A stretch of DNA of 64,000 nt, from positions 42,134-106,133 of the forward strand of contig CAWADT010000009.1 of NCBI GenBank assembly GCA_963780865.1. The letters are read 5' to 3'. The notes below the pieces were generated by a model. The model was given only the letters and a program-made list of their open reading frames with translations. It did not search any database and was not told the origin of the DNA. The first letter of the stretch is position 1, and each line of letters starts with the position of its first letter. The stretch is from an uncultured Chloroflexia bacterium. GTDB lineage: Bacteria > Chloroflexota > Anaerolineae > Anaerolineales > RBG-16-64-43. Of the stretch, positions 21,375 to 31,440 are shown piece by piece. The translations under genes and the position numbers were made by a program.

Positions 21375-21953
21375 TCAATGGCCGCGATTGGAATTTTCAT
21401 CGTCCGTTTCCCATTGCATCGGATTGTTCCGGATATATTTGCGGATCCGGGATAATTCATCCGGATTGCGGATGATGTGTTCATGAAAATTCCGTTGCCA
21501 TACCGGGGCGCCGGGGGTGCCCCGCAATTGGTTGATCCGCGTTGTTACGGCCGATTTATAACCGGCGATTAATGATGACAATGATTTATTGGCGGGGCCA
21601 CGTGGCGTTCCGGGGCGTAGGGGCGACCGGCCGGTCGCCCCTACCAACCCATTCCCGCAATCCACGATATTAACAATTGCGTGGAAATGATTGGGCATGA
21701 CAATGAATTCGTCCAACGCAATTTCGCGACGGATTTCTGCGGTTTTCAACCATTCCGCATTTGCGATTTTCCCCCACGCATTCAAATGCATTACCCCGTC
21801 GATAATTTTGCCGAATATCGATAATCGCCGGTATGAAACAATCGTCACGAAATATGAACCTGGTTGTGTGTAATCGAATCCCTTCAGGCGAATGGACCGG
21901 CGATGCCTGCCCTGAGGTTTCTCGAAGGGATGTTTGAATGGATCGTACGACAT
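21375..21953 (-). CDS. REP-associated tyrosine transposase (RAYT, HUH/Y1)
   Basis: RRSIRLKGFDY, YFVTI, VMPNHFH (HUH), WQRNFHEHIIR, YIRNNP (catalytic Tyr); perfect REP palindrome inside the gene. Confidence 0.92.
   Translation of the reverse strand: MSYDPFKHPFEKPQGRHRRSIRLKGFDYTQPGSYFVTIVSYRRLSIFGKIIDGVMHLNAWGKIANAEWLKTAEIRREIALDEFIVMPNHFHAIVNIVDCGNGLVGATGRSPLRPGTPRGPANKSLSSLIAGYKSAVTTRINQLRGTPGAPVWQRNFHEHIIRNPDELSRIRKYIRNNPMQWETDDENSNRGH
21617..21644. repeat. Perfect 28 bp REP palindrome GTAGGGGCGACCGGCCGGTCGCCCCTAC inside the RAYT gene
   Basis: Sequence equals its own reverse complement; translated as VGATGRSPL. Confidence 0.9.
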
Positions 21954-22017
21954 AATTATCCCCCTGGCGGATTTCATGGATCATTCGCAATTATAAATGG
22001 TTTTCACAATTTGTCAG

Positions 22018-22046
22018 TTGCGCAGGCTATTTGATACGGGTATACT
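22018..22046 (+). promoter_or_regulatory. Candidate sigma70 promoter for the R-M operon
   Basis: TTGCGC-17 nt-TATACT, 47 bp upstream of res. Confidence 0.35.
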
Positions 22047-22093
22047 AGAATTATCACCTTGAGAGTAATAAGGGAGAATCCTTGGGGTCATAA

Positions 22094-25000
22094 ATGCCGC
22101 AAACCGTCATTGAAAACCCGATCCTGAATTCCCCTTTCGATGAACCCCGGCGCCACTTTAAATTCACCGAGGATGGAATAACAGACACGATTGTGCCGGC
22201 CCGGCGCATCAGCTCCTATTTCATTCCCATCCCCAGCCCGAAAAAGAAAAATCCAAAGCAGATTGCCTTCGAAACTGAGTGGACCGCCGACCGGCTCGAA
22301 GATAATAAATTTATCAATCAGATTCGCGAAAAGGTTGCGCTCTGGCGGAAGGGCGGCTGTATAGGTATCACCCGGACAACGGCCCGACTTCTGGAATACT
22401 GGAAGAATCCCGAGCGCGACCATCGCCTGTTTTTCTGCCAGATCGAAGCCCTCGAGACGGTCATCTATATCACCGAGGTGGCGGGAAAATACGGCGAACA
22501 ATGGATCGAGAATACAATTCGCGCCGCGAATGATAGCAGCAACCCGTTATTGAATCGGATTGCCCTCAAGATGGCAACGGGAAGCGGGAAGACGGTCGTC
22601 ATGGCGATGATGATCGCCTGGCATACGCTCAATAAACTGGCCAACCCGCAGGATTCCCGATTTTCCGATGCTTTTCTGATCGTCACGCCCGGAATAACCA
22701 TCCGCGACCGGCTGCGCGTCCTTCTGCCGAACGATCCGAACAATTATTATCGCGAACACGATATTGTTCCTCCCGATCTTATGCCCGAACTTGGAAAGGC
22801 CAAGATCGTGATTACGAACTTCCAGGGATTGATGCTTCGGGAACGAATTCAGGCCGGCAAGGTTACCCGGGGAATTCTGGGCCAGGGAAAAGACAATCCA
22901 TTTCAGGAGACTCCCGGCCAGATGGTCAGGCGGGTGTGCCGCGAGTTAGGTAACAAGAAAAACGTCATCGTGATCAATGACGAAGCGCACCATTGCTACC
23001 GAAGAAAACCGGATCAGGAAGTGGAAGAGGTGTTGATCGGCGACGAGCGCCGCGAAGCGCAAAAACGTGATGAGGAAGCCCGGGTTTGGATATCGGGGCT
23101 TGAGGCGGTGAAGAAGAAGATAGGCGTTCGTGCGGTCTATGACCTCTCCGCCACGCCATTTTTCCTGAGCGGGTCCGGCTATTCGGAAGGCACGCTCTTT
23201 CCATGGGTGGTATCGGATTTCTCGCTGATCGATGCGATCGAATCTGGCATCGTCAAAGTGCCGCGCGTGCCGGTCGCGGACGACCGCATGGCGGGAGATC
23301 AACCGACCTATCGGAATATCTGGCCGCTGATCCGCGAAGGCCTTCCGAAAAAAGGCCGCTCCACCGAAAAGCAGGAAGGCGAGCCGAAAATTCCGGTAGA
23401 ACTGGAAGGCGCGCTGCTGAGCTTGTACGGTAACTACGAGAAATATTACCGGTTGTGGGAGGGGAATGCGAAGGCCCGCGAGCGCGATCTGACCCCGCCG
23501 GTGTTCATCGTCGTTTGCAATAACACCAACGTTTCCAACCTGGTCTATAAATTCGTATCGGGCTGGGAGAAGCAAGTATCCAAAGATAAAACCGTACTGG
23601 TTCCCGGAAAGCTGGCGCTTTTCAATAACGTGGACGGAGAACGCTGGCGATCCCGCCCGAATACGATTCTCATCGACAGCGAGCAATTGGAATCCGGCGA
23701 AGGAATGAGTGCCGAGTTTAAAGCGATTGCCGCGCAGGAGATCGACGAATTCAAGAACGAATACCGGCTGCGCTTCCCGGGCCGGAGCGTCGAGGAATTG
23801 GATGACGAAGACCTGCTGCGGGAAGTGATGAATACGGTGGGGAAAGCGGGCAAACTGGGCGAGAATATTCGCTGCGTGGTTTCCGTCTCGATGCTGACCG
23901 AAGGATGGGACGCAACCACCGTCACCCACATTTTAGGCGTGCGTGCGTTTGGAACGCAGCTTTTGTGCGAACAGGTCGTCGGCCGCGGATTACGGCGCAT
24001 GTCTTATGGCATGCAGAAACATTCTGTGCAGGTTGACGGCGCCACGGTGGAATTCGAAGGCTTCTCGCCGGAATACGCCGAAGTGTACGGGGTGCCATTC
24101 TCATTCATTCCATGCGCCGGTGCGGCCGCCAACCCGCGCCCCGGCCCGATGCCAACCCGCGTACGCGCGCTGGAGGACCGGATCGCCTGCGAGATCACTT
24201 TCCCGCGCGTGATCGGTTATCGTTGCGAGATTCCCTCCGAGCGATTGGATGCTCGCTTTACGCCCAATTCGCTGATGGCGCTAACCACCGCAGATATCCC
24301 TACCCGGACCGAAGTGCAATCGATCATCGGCGAGCACGAGATGCATTCGCTCTACGGCTTGAAGGAAAAGCGCGAGCAGGAGATCGATTTCTATCTGGCG
24401 AAGTTGCTACTCGAGGAACATTTGCGGGACGACGAAGGCGCCGTCAAGCCGTGGCTCTATCCCCAACTCATCCCTATCGTCCGCCGCTGGCGGACCGAAT
24501 GCCTGACGCTAAGAGACGATACCTTCCCCCAAATGTTGCTGATGTCACAATGGGGGCACGCCGCCGCCGATAGAATTTACCGCGCAATCGCTACGGCGCC
24601 CGGCGCGGCGGGAATCCTCAAGCCGATCCTGCGTCCGTACGATACCATCGGCTCCACGCGCTACGTGGATTTCGACACCATCCGCCCGGTTTACCCGACC
24701 GACCCGGCCAAATGCCACATCTCGCACGTCGTGGCCGATACCGGCTCGTGGGAACAGAAGATGGCGCAATCGCTCGAGGAAATGGAAGAAGTTAGGCGAT
24801 ACGTCAAGAATCAGGGATTGGGTTTCAACGTGCCTTATACGCTCGATGGGGAAGAGCACAATTACCAACCCGATTTTATCGCCCAAATCGACGACGGGCA
24901 TGGACCGGACGATCTGCTCAACCTGATCGTCGAAGTGAGCGGTGAAGCGCGCAAGGACAAAGCAGCCAAAACCGCCACGATGCGGTCGCTGTGGATCCCG

Positions 25001-25117
25001 GCCGTCAATAACCACGGCGGTTTCGGGCGCTGGGCGTTCATCGAGATCACCGATCCGTGGGACGCGAAGAATACGATAAGGGCGATTCTAAGAATGGAAA
25101 AAGAGGGGGAGAAATGA
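22094..25117 (+). CDS. res: Type III restriction enzyme Res subunit (SF2 helicase + PD-(D/E)xK nuclease)
   Basis: KMATGSGKT, INDEAHH, SMLTEGWD, EQVVGRGLRR, C-terminal YQPDFI..LIVEVSG; paired with a mod gene. Confidence 0.92.
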   Translation: MPQTVIENPILNSPFDEPRRHFKFTEDGITDTIVPARRISSYFIPIPSPKKKNPKQIAFETEWTADRLEDNKFINQIREKVALWRKGGCIGITRTTARLLEYWKNPERDHRLFFCQIEALETVIYITEVAGKYGEQWIENTIRAANDSSNPLLNRIALKMATGSGKTVVMAMMIAWHTLNKLANPQDSRFSDAFLIVTPGITIRDRLRVLLPNDPNNYYREHDIVPPDLMPELGKAKIVITNFQGLMLRERIQAGKVTRGILGQGKDNPFQETPGQMVRRVCRELGNKKNVIVINDEAHHCYRRKPDQEVEEVLIGDERREAQKRDEEARVWISGLEAVKKKIGVRAVYDLSATPFFLSGSGYSEGTLFPWVVSDFSLIDAIESGIVKVPRVPVADDRMAGDQPTYRNIWPLIREGLPKKGRSTEKQEGEPKIPVELEGALLSLYGNYEKYYRLWEGNAKARERDLTPPVFIVVCNNTNVSNLVYKFVSGWEKQVSKDKTVLVPGKLALFNNVDGERWRSRPNTILIDSEQLESGEGMSAEFKAIAAQEIDEFKNEYRLRFPGRSVEELDDEDLLREVMNTVGKAGKLGENIRCVVSVSMLTEGWDATTVTHILGVRAFGTQLLCEQVVGRGLRRMSYGMQKHSVQVDGATVEFEGFSPEYAEVYGVPFSFIPCAGAAANPRPGPMPTRVRALEDRIACEITFPRVIGYRCEIPSERLDARFTPNSLMALTTADIPTRTEVQSIIGEHEMHSLYGLKEKREQEIDFYLAKLLLEEHLRDDEGAVKPWLYPQLIPIVRRWRTECLTLRDDTFPQMLLMSQWGHAAADRIYRAIATAPGAAGILKPILRPYDTIGSTRYVDFDTIRPVYPTDPAKCHISHVVADTGSWEQKMAQSLEEMEEVRRYVKNQGLGFNVPYTLDGEEHNYQPDFIAQIDDGHGPDDLLNLIVEVSGEARKDKAAKTATMRSLWIPAVNNHGGFGRWAFIEITDPWDAKNTIRAILRMEKEGEK

Positions 25118-25938
25118 AAATGGATGAGATCGGAAACTGGACGGAAGTGAAACTGGAAATTATCCGGGAATACGCTTCAGCATACTCAACGATATTATCC
25201 GCGCAAACGCACCCCAAGCTTCAACACTTCTATATCGACGCCTTTTCCGGGTCGGGGCTTCATATATCCAAGAAGAGCGGCGAGTATGTGGCAGGGAGCA
25301 CCTCAAATGCCTTGGACATCACGCCGCCTTTCCAAGGATTCTTTTTCATAGATATTGATAAAGATAAGGCGCAAATGCTACGGAAAACAACAGAAGGATT
25401 GAAGAATGTTCATATATATGAAGAAGACTGCAACATAACTCTGCTTGCAGAGGTTTTTCCCAAAGTCAAATATGAGGATTATCGCAGGGCTTTGTGCCTT
25501 TTAGATCCATACGGACTGCATTTGGATTGGGAAGTAATCGCAAAGGCGGGAAGTATGCGATCAGTTGAAATATTCCTTAATTTTCCTGTAATGGACATGA
25601 ATCGCAATGTACTTTGGAAAAACCCAGAGAATGTTCCCGCGGATCAGATTTCCCGCATGAATGCGTTCTGGGGGGATAAATCTTGGCGGGATGTGGCATA
25701 TGATACAAGGCAAAGTCTCTTCGGTTATCCGGTAAAAACCGATAACGATACGATTGCATTGGCGTTTCAAGAACGCCTGAAAAAAGTGGCCGGTTTCAAG
25801 CACGTTCCGGTTCCAATTCCGATGAGAAATTCGAAGGAAGCAACTGTTTATTATTTATTTTTCGCTTCACCGAAACCTGTGGCCGCTGATATTGTTTCGC
25901 AGATATTCGATAAATATCGAAAACCAGGAGACCAGTAA
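25114..25938 (+). CDS. tcmP: Three-Cys-motif partner protein (TcmP-type SAM-dependent methyltransferase-like)
   Basis: [11 protein letters not shown]-terminus, [11 protein letters not shown]...AL, FFIDID, LLDPYG, EIFLNFP; ATGA overlap with res; AT-richer than neighbours. Confidence 0.85.
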   Translation: MKMDEIGNWTEVKLEIIREYASAYSTILSAQTHPKLQHFYIDAFSGSGLHISKKSGEYVAGSTSNALDITPPFQGFFFIDIDKDKAQMLRKTTEGLKNVHIYEEDCNITLLAEVFPKVKYEDYRRALCLLDPYGLHLDWEVIAKAGSMRSVEIFLNFPVMDMNRNVLWKNPENVPADQISRMNAFWGDKSWRDVAYDTRQSLFGYPVKTDNDTIALAFQERLKKVAGFKHVPVPIPMRNSKEATVYYLFFASPKPVAADIVSQIFDKYRKPGDQ

Positions 25939-26663
25939 TGGCTAACCATTCCTCTATTGAATGGACCTCATCCACCTGGAATCCACTGACCGGCTGCACC
26001 AAGATCAGCGCCGGGTGCAAGCACTGCTACGCCGAACGGATGGCGAAGCGGCTCCAGGCTATGGGTCAGCCGCATTATTCCGGTGGATTCCGGTTGGCGC
26101 TGCACGAAGATTCGCTCGAATTGCCGCTTTCGTGGAAGAAGCCGCAGATGATCTTTGTCAATTCGATGAGCGATCTTTTCCATAAAAACGTTCCCGTCGA
26201 TTTCATCCAACGCGTTTTCGATGTGATGCGGCGGGCGGACTGGCACCAGTTCCAGGTGCTGACCAAGCGCGCCGACCGGCTGATGGAATTGGACCCGGTT
26301 CTGGATTGGCCGGCCAACGTCTGGATGGGCGTGAGCGTGGAAAACGCGGAGGTTGCGGGCCGAATCGACTTCCTGCGAAATACCCGTGCGCGGATAAAGT
26401 TCCTCTCACTCGAACCGCTGCTCGGGCCGATCCCGGGCATGAACCTGCGCGGGATCGACTGGGTGATCGTCGGCGGAGAATCCGGTCCCGGCGCGCGGCC
26501 GATGGACCGCGAATGGGTGGTCGACATTCGCAGGCAGTGCCGGACTGCCCGCGTCCCGTTCTTCTTCAAGCAGTGGGGCGGAGTGCGCAAGACCAAAGCC
26601 GGCCGTGAACTCGACGGCCGGACGTGGGATGAAATGCCAAGGACCGCAGCTGCCACAACCTAA
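25938..26663 (+). CDS. DUF5131 (phage Gp37/Gp68) family protein with Cx6Cx2C radical-SAM-like motif
   Basis: [68 protein letters not shown]; TAATG overlap with tcmP. Confidence 0.92.
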   Translation: MANHSSIEWTSSTWNPLTGCTKISAGCKHCYAERMAKRLQAMGQPHYSGGFRLALHEDSLELPLSWKKPQMIFVNSMSDLFHKNVPVDFIQRVFDVMRRADWHQFQVLTKRADRLMELDPVLDWPANVWMGVSVENAEVAGRIDFLRNTRARIKFLSLEPLLGPIPGMNLRGIDWVIVGGESGPGARPMDREWVVDIRRQCRTARVPFFFKQWGGVRKTKAGRELDGRTWDEMPRTAAATT

Positions 26664-26665
26664 CA

Positions 26666-26752
26666 CCCCTCATCCCCTTCCCTTCTCCCAGCATAAGCTG
26701 GGAGAAGGGTGGCGAGTGCCGGTGATGTTTCCGGCACGAGACGGGATGAGGG
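26666..26752. repeat. CCCTCATCC..TCTCCCAGCATAAGCTGGGAGA..GGATGAGGG REP-like palindrome
   Basis: Same family at 39691-39755, 47453-47531 and 50823-50887. Confidence 0.8.
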
Positions 26753-26769
26753 AGAGAAGGAGAATTTAC

Positions 26770-29574
26770 GTGCCTCGACCAAAGAAATCTGAATCCAAAA
26801 CCGTCCCCGTCACCGCCATTCGCCACCCGGAAAAGCGGACAAACATCCCCACCGATGAGCTGCAGGATTTCGTCTCGGAAGACGAAAAGCATCCCAAGAC
26901 CGTGCTCTATCCGCGCGATACTTCGCTCGACCCGCAATTGGTATGGAAGGGCAAGGACGAACAGGATAGCCACGATCTGACCGTACCGGCCGTCCCGGTT
27001 TACATCCAGGAAAAGATCCATCCACAGGCGATAATCGAGAACGTGCGCACTGAAGCGAAAAAGGGTGCGCCGCAACAAGCTTCGCTTTTTTCCGATTTCA
27101 ACGGCATTTCCTTCGAGGAATTGATCGAGTTTTACCGCCACGAGCAAAACTGGTCAAACCGGATGATCCTGGGCGATTCGCTCCTGGTGATGACCTCGCT
27201 TGCGGAAAAGGAGCGGCTCAAGGGGCAGGTCCAGATGATCTACATCGACCCGCCCTACGGTATCAAGTTCGGCTCCAACTGGCAGGTAAGCACGCGAAAG
27301 CGCGACATAAAGGACGGCAAGGCTGAGGATACGACCCGACAGCCGGAGCAGATCAAAGCGTTCCGGGATACGTGGGAGTTGGGAATACATTCATATCTAG
27401 CATACATGCGAGATAGGTTGGTGGCGGCGAGGGAATTATTATCAGAAAGTGGAAGTATATTTATTCAAATAGGTGATGAAAATGTTCATTTAGTCAGAAA
27501 CATCTTAGATGAGGTATTTGGAAGTGAGAATTTTATTGCGTTGATAACTGTACAAAAAATGGCTGGACTCGCCTCCCAATTCTTGAAAGGAGCTTGTGAT
27601 TACATTATTTGGTATGTAAAGAACAAGGAGCAAACGAAATATCGGCAACTCTATTATGAAAAAATCCTCGGGATTGGTCATGGTTCAGGAGCAAGGTACG
27701 ACCAAATCATCTCACCGTTTGGTGAAAGACGCCCCATAATAAAAGATAATAATGAACTTAAAAATTTTATTGAAGATGGCTGGAGCATTTTCCGACATAC
27801 AACTTTAACTACATTTGGATCAGGTGGATCTTCATTCTTCCAGTTTAAATTTTATGGTGGTAATTACTTGCCAAGCAATACAAAGGGATGGCTTACTACT
27901 GAGAGTGGTATGAATAGACTTGGTATGGCAGGACGCATATCAAAGACGGGAGATTCAATCGGATATATTCGGTTTCTTGAAGATTTTCCAGCTTATGAGA
28001 TTAATAATGTATGGTCTGATATTTCTAGTCCACCCGATGTTATATATGTAGTCCAGACACATTCAAAATTAATTGAACGCTGTATGCTCATGACCACCGA
28101 CCCAGGTGACCTTGTACTCGATCCGACATGCGGTTCTGGCACGACGGCGTATGTCGCCGAACAATGGGGCCGGCGCTGGATCACGATCGATACCTCGCGC
28201 GTCGCGATCGCGCTGGCGCGCACGCGTCTGATGGCCGCGCGCTACCCCTATTATCTGTTAGCCGATACACCCGAAGGCGCAAAGATGGACGCTGAAGCTG
28301 CAGGCCATCTTCCCCCCAACGGCCAGTTGGCAACTACAAGCGGGCTAGCCAATATCAATCGCGGTTTCGTCTACAAGCGCGTCCTGCACGTCACGCTCAA
28401 ATCCATCGCCAACAACGAGGAGATCGATTCGATCCACGCCAAGTGGCAGGAACAACTCGAACCGATCCGTGTCAAACTAAACAAATTGCTCAAGGAAAAC
28501 TGGGAAGAATGGGAAATCCCGCGAGAGCTCCCTTCCCCTAGCCATGGGGGAAGGGATGGGGAAGGGGGTAAGCTTCTCGCCGAATGGTGGAAGTTGCGCC
28601 GCGAGCGACAGCAGGAGATCGACGCCAGCATCGCCAAACGCGCCGATACCGAACTGCTTTACGACCAGCCGTACGAGGATAACAAGCGTATCCGCGTGGC
28701 CGGGCCGTTCACCGTCGAAAGTCTTTCCCCGCACCGGGTGCTCGCCGCCGAGGAAGAACGCCCCGCCACCGAAGCCGCCGGGCAGGCGGAAACGGCGCAG
28801 GGGTTCGTGCAAATGATCATTGACAACTTGAAAGCCGCGGGCGTGCAGAACACCATCAAAAAGGAACGCCTCAAATTCGACCGGTTGGAGCCGTTCGCCG
28901 GCGAGTGGATCCACGCCACCGGCGAATACTCCGAAGGCGGCAAGACCAAGCGCGTTGCGGTTAGCATCGGGCCGGAACATGGTACGGTCGGGAAGGATCA
29001 AATAAAGGAAGCGGCCAAGGAAGCCGTCAAAGGCGTCGGATTCGATCTCCTAATCGTTTGCGGGTTTGCCTTCGATCCACTCGTCAATGATGAATCTAAA
29101 CGGTACGGAAACCTGAATGTGCTGATCACCCACATGAATCCTGATCTTTCGATGGGCGACGAGTTACTCAAGAAAACCGGCGCGGCCAACCTCTTCATGG
29201 TTTTTGGGGAGCCGGATTTGAAAATCGATAAACAAAAAGATGGTCGCATTATTGTAACTATTAAAGGGGTCGACGTTTATGATCCGACGACCGGCGAAAT
29301 TCGCTCGCATTCCACCGACGATATCGCCTGCTGGTTCATCGACACCGACTATAACGGGGAATCCTTCTTCGTCCGGCACGCCTACTTCACCGGAGCCGAT
29401 CAGCCTTACGAAAAGCTCAAACGCGCGCTGCGCGCCGAGGTGGACGAGGCCGCCTGGTCGGCCTTGTATTCCACCAAGAGCCTGCCCTTCGACCCGCCCG
29501 CCAAGGGCAAGATCGCGGTGAAGGTGATCAATCACTACGGGGATGAGGTGATGAAGGTGTATGAGGTGAAATAA
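26770..29574 (+). CDS. mod: Type III R-M methyltransferase Mod subunit (beta-class amino-MTase)
   Basis: IYIDPPYG precedes DPTCGSGTT; AT-rich TRD about 27385-28080; GTG start at 26770 chosen because upstream frame is REP-derived. Confidence 0.92.
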   Translation: MPRPKKSESKTVPVTAIRHPEKRTNIPTDELQDFVSEDEKHPKTVLYPRDTSLDPQLVWKGKDEQDSHDLTVPAVPVYIQEKIHPQAIIENVRTEAKKGAPQQASLFSDFNGISFEELIEFYRHEQNWSNRMILGDSLLVMTSLAEKERLKGQVQMIYIDPPYGIKFGSNWQVSTRKRDIKDGKAEDTTRQPEQIKAFRDTWELGIHSYLAYMRDRLVAARELLSESGSIFIQIGDENVHLVRNILDEVFGSENFIALITVQKMAGLASQFLKGACDYIIWYVKNKEQTKYRQLYYEKILGIGHGSGARYDQIISPFGERRPIIKDNNELKNFIEDGWSIFRHTTLTTFGSGGSSFFQFKFYGGNYLPSNTKGWLTTESGMNRLGMAGRISKTGDSIGYIRFLEDFPAYEINNVWSDISSPPDVIYVVQTHSKLIERCMLMTTDPGDLVLDPTCGSGTTAYVAEQWGRRWITIDTSRVAIALARTRLMAARYPYYLLADTPEGAKMDAEAAGHLPPNGQLATTSGLANINRGFVYKRVLHVTLKSIANNEEIDSIHAKWQEQLEPIRVKLNKLLKENWEEWEIPRELPSPSHGGRDGEGGKLLAEWWKLRRERQQEIDASIAKRADTELLYDQPYEDNKRIRVAGPFTVESLSPHRVLAAEEERPATEAAGQAETAQGFVQMIIDNLKAAGVQNTIKKERLKFDRLEPFAGEWIHATGEYSEGGKTKRVAVSIGPEHGTVGKDQIKEAAKEAVKGVGFDLLIVCGFAFDPLVNDESKRYGNLNVLITHMNPDLSMGDELLKKTGAANLFMVFGEPDLKIDKQKDGRIIVTIKGVDVYDPTTGEIRSHSTDDIACWFIDTDYNGESFFVRHAYFTGADQPYEKLKRALRAEVDEAAWSALYSTKSLPFDPPAKGKIAVKVINHYGDEVMKVYEVK

Positions 29575-29746
29575 GTAAAATCCACGGTTATTTTCGAGAA
29601 AAGGCCATTTATTTATGTGTGTTAAGAAGAAGTGAATTTTATTTTGGCATGCGTACTATCCGGCATAAGATAGAAGGGCATAGAGCAATTATTGCTTTGG
29701 GAATACACGCGCGTCGGCATTATTTTATTCAAGGAGTAAAAATATT

Positions 29747-30049
29747 ATGGCTAGCAAAAAGAAAATAGAAAAGCGCAAAGCTGTGCAAGGCGAGCGAATG
29801 ATTGAAATGAGAATTTATTTTTGGACCAATGATCTAGTAAAAGGCGCCGGGGTAATCCGACCAAAACATGCTTGGTCGAGCGGAATGATCCGATTGGAAA
29901 AGAATGAATCTCATGGCATCGTTCCGGGGAGGACGCTTCCCTTTCATTCACTGATGGATTTGCCGTCCGTGATTGAAAAAGTACTTATCGCCCAAGGGAT
30001 TACCCTCCACGCAACTCGAAAAATGAGAAAATACTTAGATCCACAATAG
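29747..30049 (+). CDS. Hypothetical protein (100 aa)
   Basis: AAGGAG RBS; co-oriented with mod; no recognised motif. Confidence 0.7.
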   Translation: MASKKKIEKRKAVQGERMIEMRIYFWTNDLVKGAGVIRPKHAWSSGMIRLEKNESHGIVPGRTLPFHSLMDLPSVIEKVLIAQGITLHATRKMRKYLDPQ

Positions 30050-30277
30050 TAGGAATATTACTCAATATCTATTTACATACGGGATAGATCGATGGCCAAA
30101 GAAATTGAATAGGAGAGAATTATGACAATTGTAGATAATCGATACCGAGGGAAGAAAGAATATTTTCTTGTTTACGCAGAAATGATCAATGCTGCCAAAT
30201 ATCGGGGAACTGTCACTTATCAGGAAGTTGCACAAATTATGGGGCTTTGGGCTTCCCCCGATATTTCGGACACCTGG

Positions 30278-31183
30278 TTAAGCCTGAACGGATAGCTGTC
30301 GCTCGAATTCGTTGGGCGATTTAAAACCCAACGATGAGTGCTTGCGCCACGTATTATAGAACCCTTCGATGAATTCAAATATTGCCTGATGAGCCTCCTC
30401 TCTTATCCGGTAACCCTCCGGTGGAACCAGCTCCATCTTCAACGTGCTCATAAAGCTTTCCGCTGGCGCATTATCGTAGCAATTACCCGATCGGCTCATG
30501 CTGGGCAAAATCCCATGATCCGATAAATCACCCCGGTACTCACCGCTGGCATACGGGCTGCCCCGGTCCGTGTGATGGATCAGAACTTCTCGAACCACAC
30601 AACGTTGCCGGAGAGCTTCCTGCAACGCCCGACGCGCCAGGTCACGATCGTTATGCTCTCCGTCAGCCCAGCCGACAATCTTGCGAGAGCACAGGTCCAT
30701 GATGATTGCCAAGTACAGCCAGCCTTCCCGGGTGGGAATATACGTGACGTCTCCCACCCAGGCCCGGTTAATTTCCGTGAAGTGGAATTGCTGATCCAGC
30801 AGGTTCGGTGCCACCGGCAGCGACGGATCCGATTGGGTGGTTCGCACCCGACGATAGTGCCGCCGCGCCCGGATTCCATGGGTTTTCATAAGCTTTTCCA
30901 CCCGTTTACGGCCGATCCGCCAGCCTTGATCGTGCAGATCGCGATGCATACGCGGACTGCCATAACGGTGCCGAGTGGCCACTTCCAACTTCCGTAATGC
31001 CAGGAGCAGCCGTTGGTTTTCTGCTTCCCGAGGGCTGGGAGTATGTTTCCGCCAGGCATAATATCCGCTGGCCGAAACCTGCAACGCCCGACACATTCTG
31101 ACCACGGGAAACATGCTTCGGTGATCTCCGATGAATTGAAATTTCACCGCTGGTCTTGCGAAAAAACACGGACCGCTTTTTTT
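30278..31183 (-). CDS. IS3 OrfB DDE transposase/integrase core (expressed by -1 frameshift)
   Basis: RYGSPRM HTH, WVGDVTY, HHTDRGSPY, DNAPAESF..LKME. Confidence 0.92.
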   Translation of the reverse strand, partial: KKSGPCFFARPAVKFQFIGDHRSMFPVVRMCRALQVSASGYYAWRKHTPSPREAENQRLLLALRKLEVATRHRYGSPRMHRDLHDQGWRIGRKRVEKLMKTHGIRARRHYRRVRTTQSDPSLPVAPNLLDQQFHFTEINRAWVGDVTYIPTREGWLYLAIIMDLCSRKIVGWADGEHNDRDLARRALQEALRQRCVVREVLIHHTDRGSPYASGEYRGDLSDHGILPSMSRSGNCYDNAPAESFMSTLKMELVPPEGYRIREEAHQAIFEFIEGFYNTWRKHSSLGFKSPNEFERQLSVQA

Positions 31184-31440
31184 AGGATGTCCCGCTCCAA
31201 CCGGAGGTTGGCATTTTCCTTCTCTAGCTGCTCGATCCGAGTTTCTGCTTCTTTCAAATTGCCATGTCCGGGAAATGCCTGTTCCCCATTCTGGCGGAGC
31301 TGCCGTTGCCAACGGAAGATGGCGCCTGCCGGTAGTCCCATTTCCCGTTCGATTTGCGAGACCGACTTTTCGCTCGTCTCGGCCAGCCTGAGCGTTTCCA
31401 GCTTGAATTCCTTTGTGTAGCTCCTGCGTGGATTGACCAT
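31144..31440 (-). CDS. IS3 OrfA (HTH)
   Basis: RRSYTKEFK, HTH, leucine zipper LEKENANLRLERDILKKA. Confidence 0.92.
   Translation of the reverse strand: MVNPRRSYTKEFKLETLRLAETSEKSVSQIEREMGLPAGAIFRWQRQLRQNGEQAFPGHGNLKEAETRIEQLEKENANLRLERDILKKAVRVFSQDQR

Noticed and set aside
20785-21640. Diversity-generating retroelement TR/VR pairs
   Set aside because: Differences between copies include many non-adenine and synonymous changes, and there is no reverse transcriptase in the window
26605-26769. N-terminal extension of Mod in the ORF track
   Set aside because: It is read through the DUF5131 end and an intergenic REP; GTG at 26770 fits better
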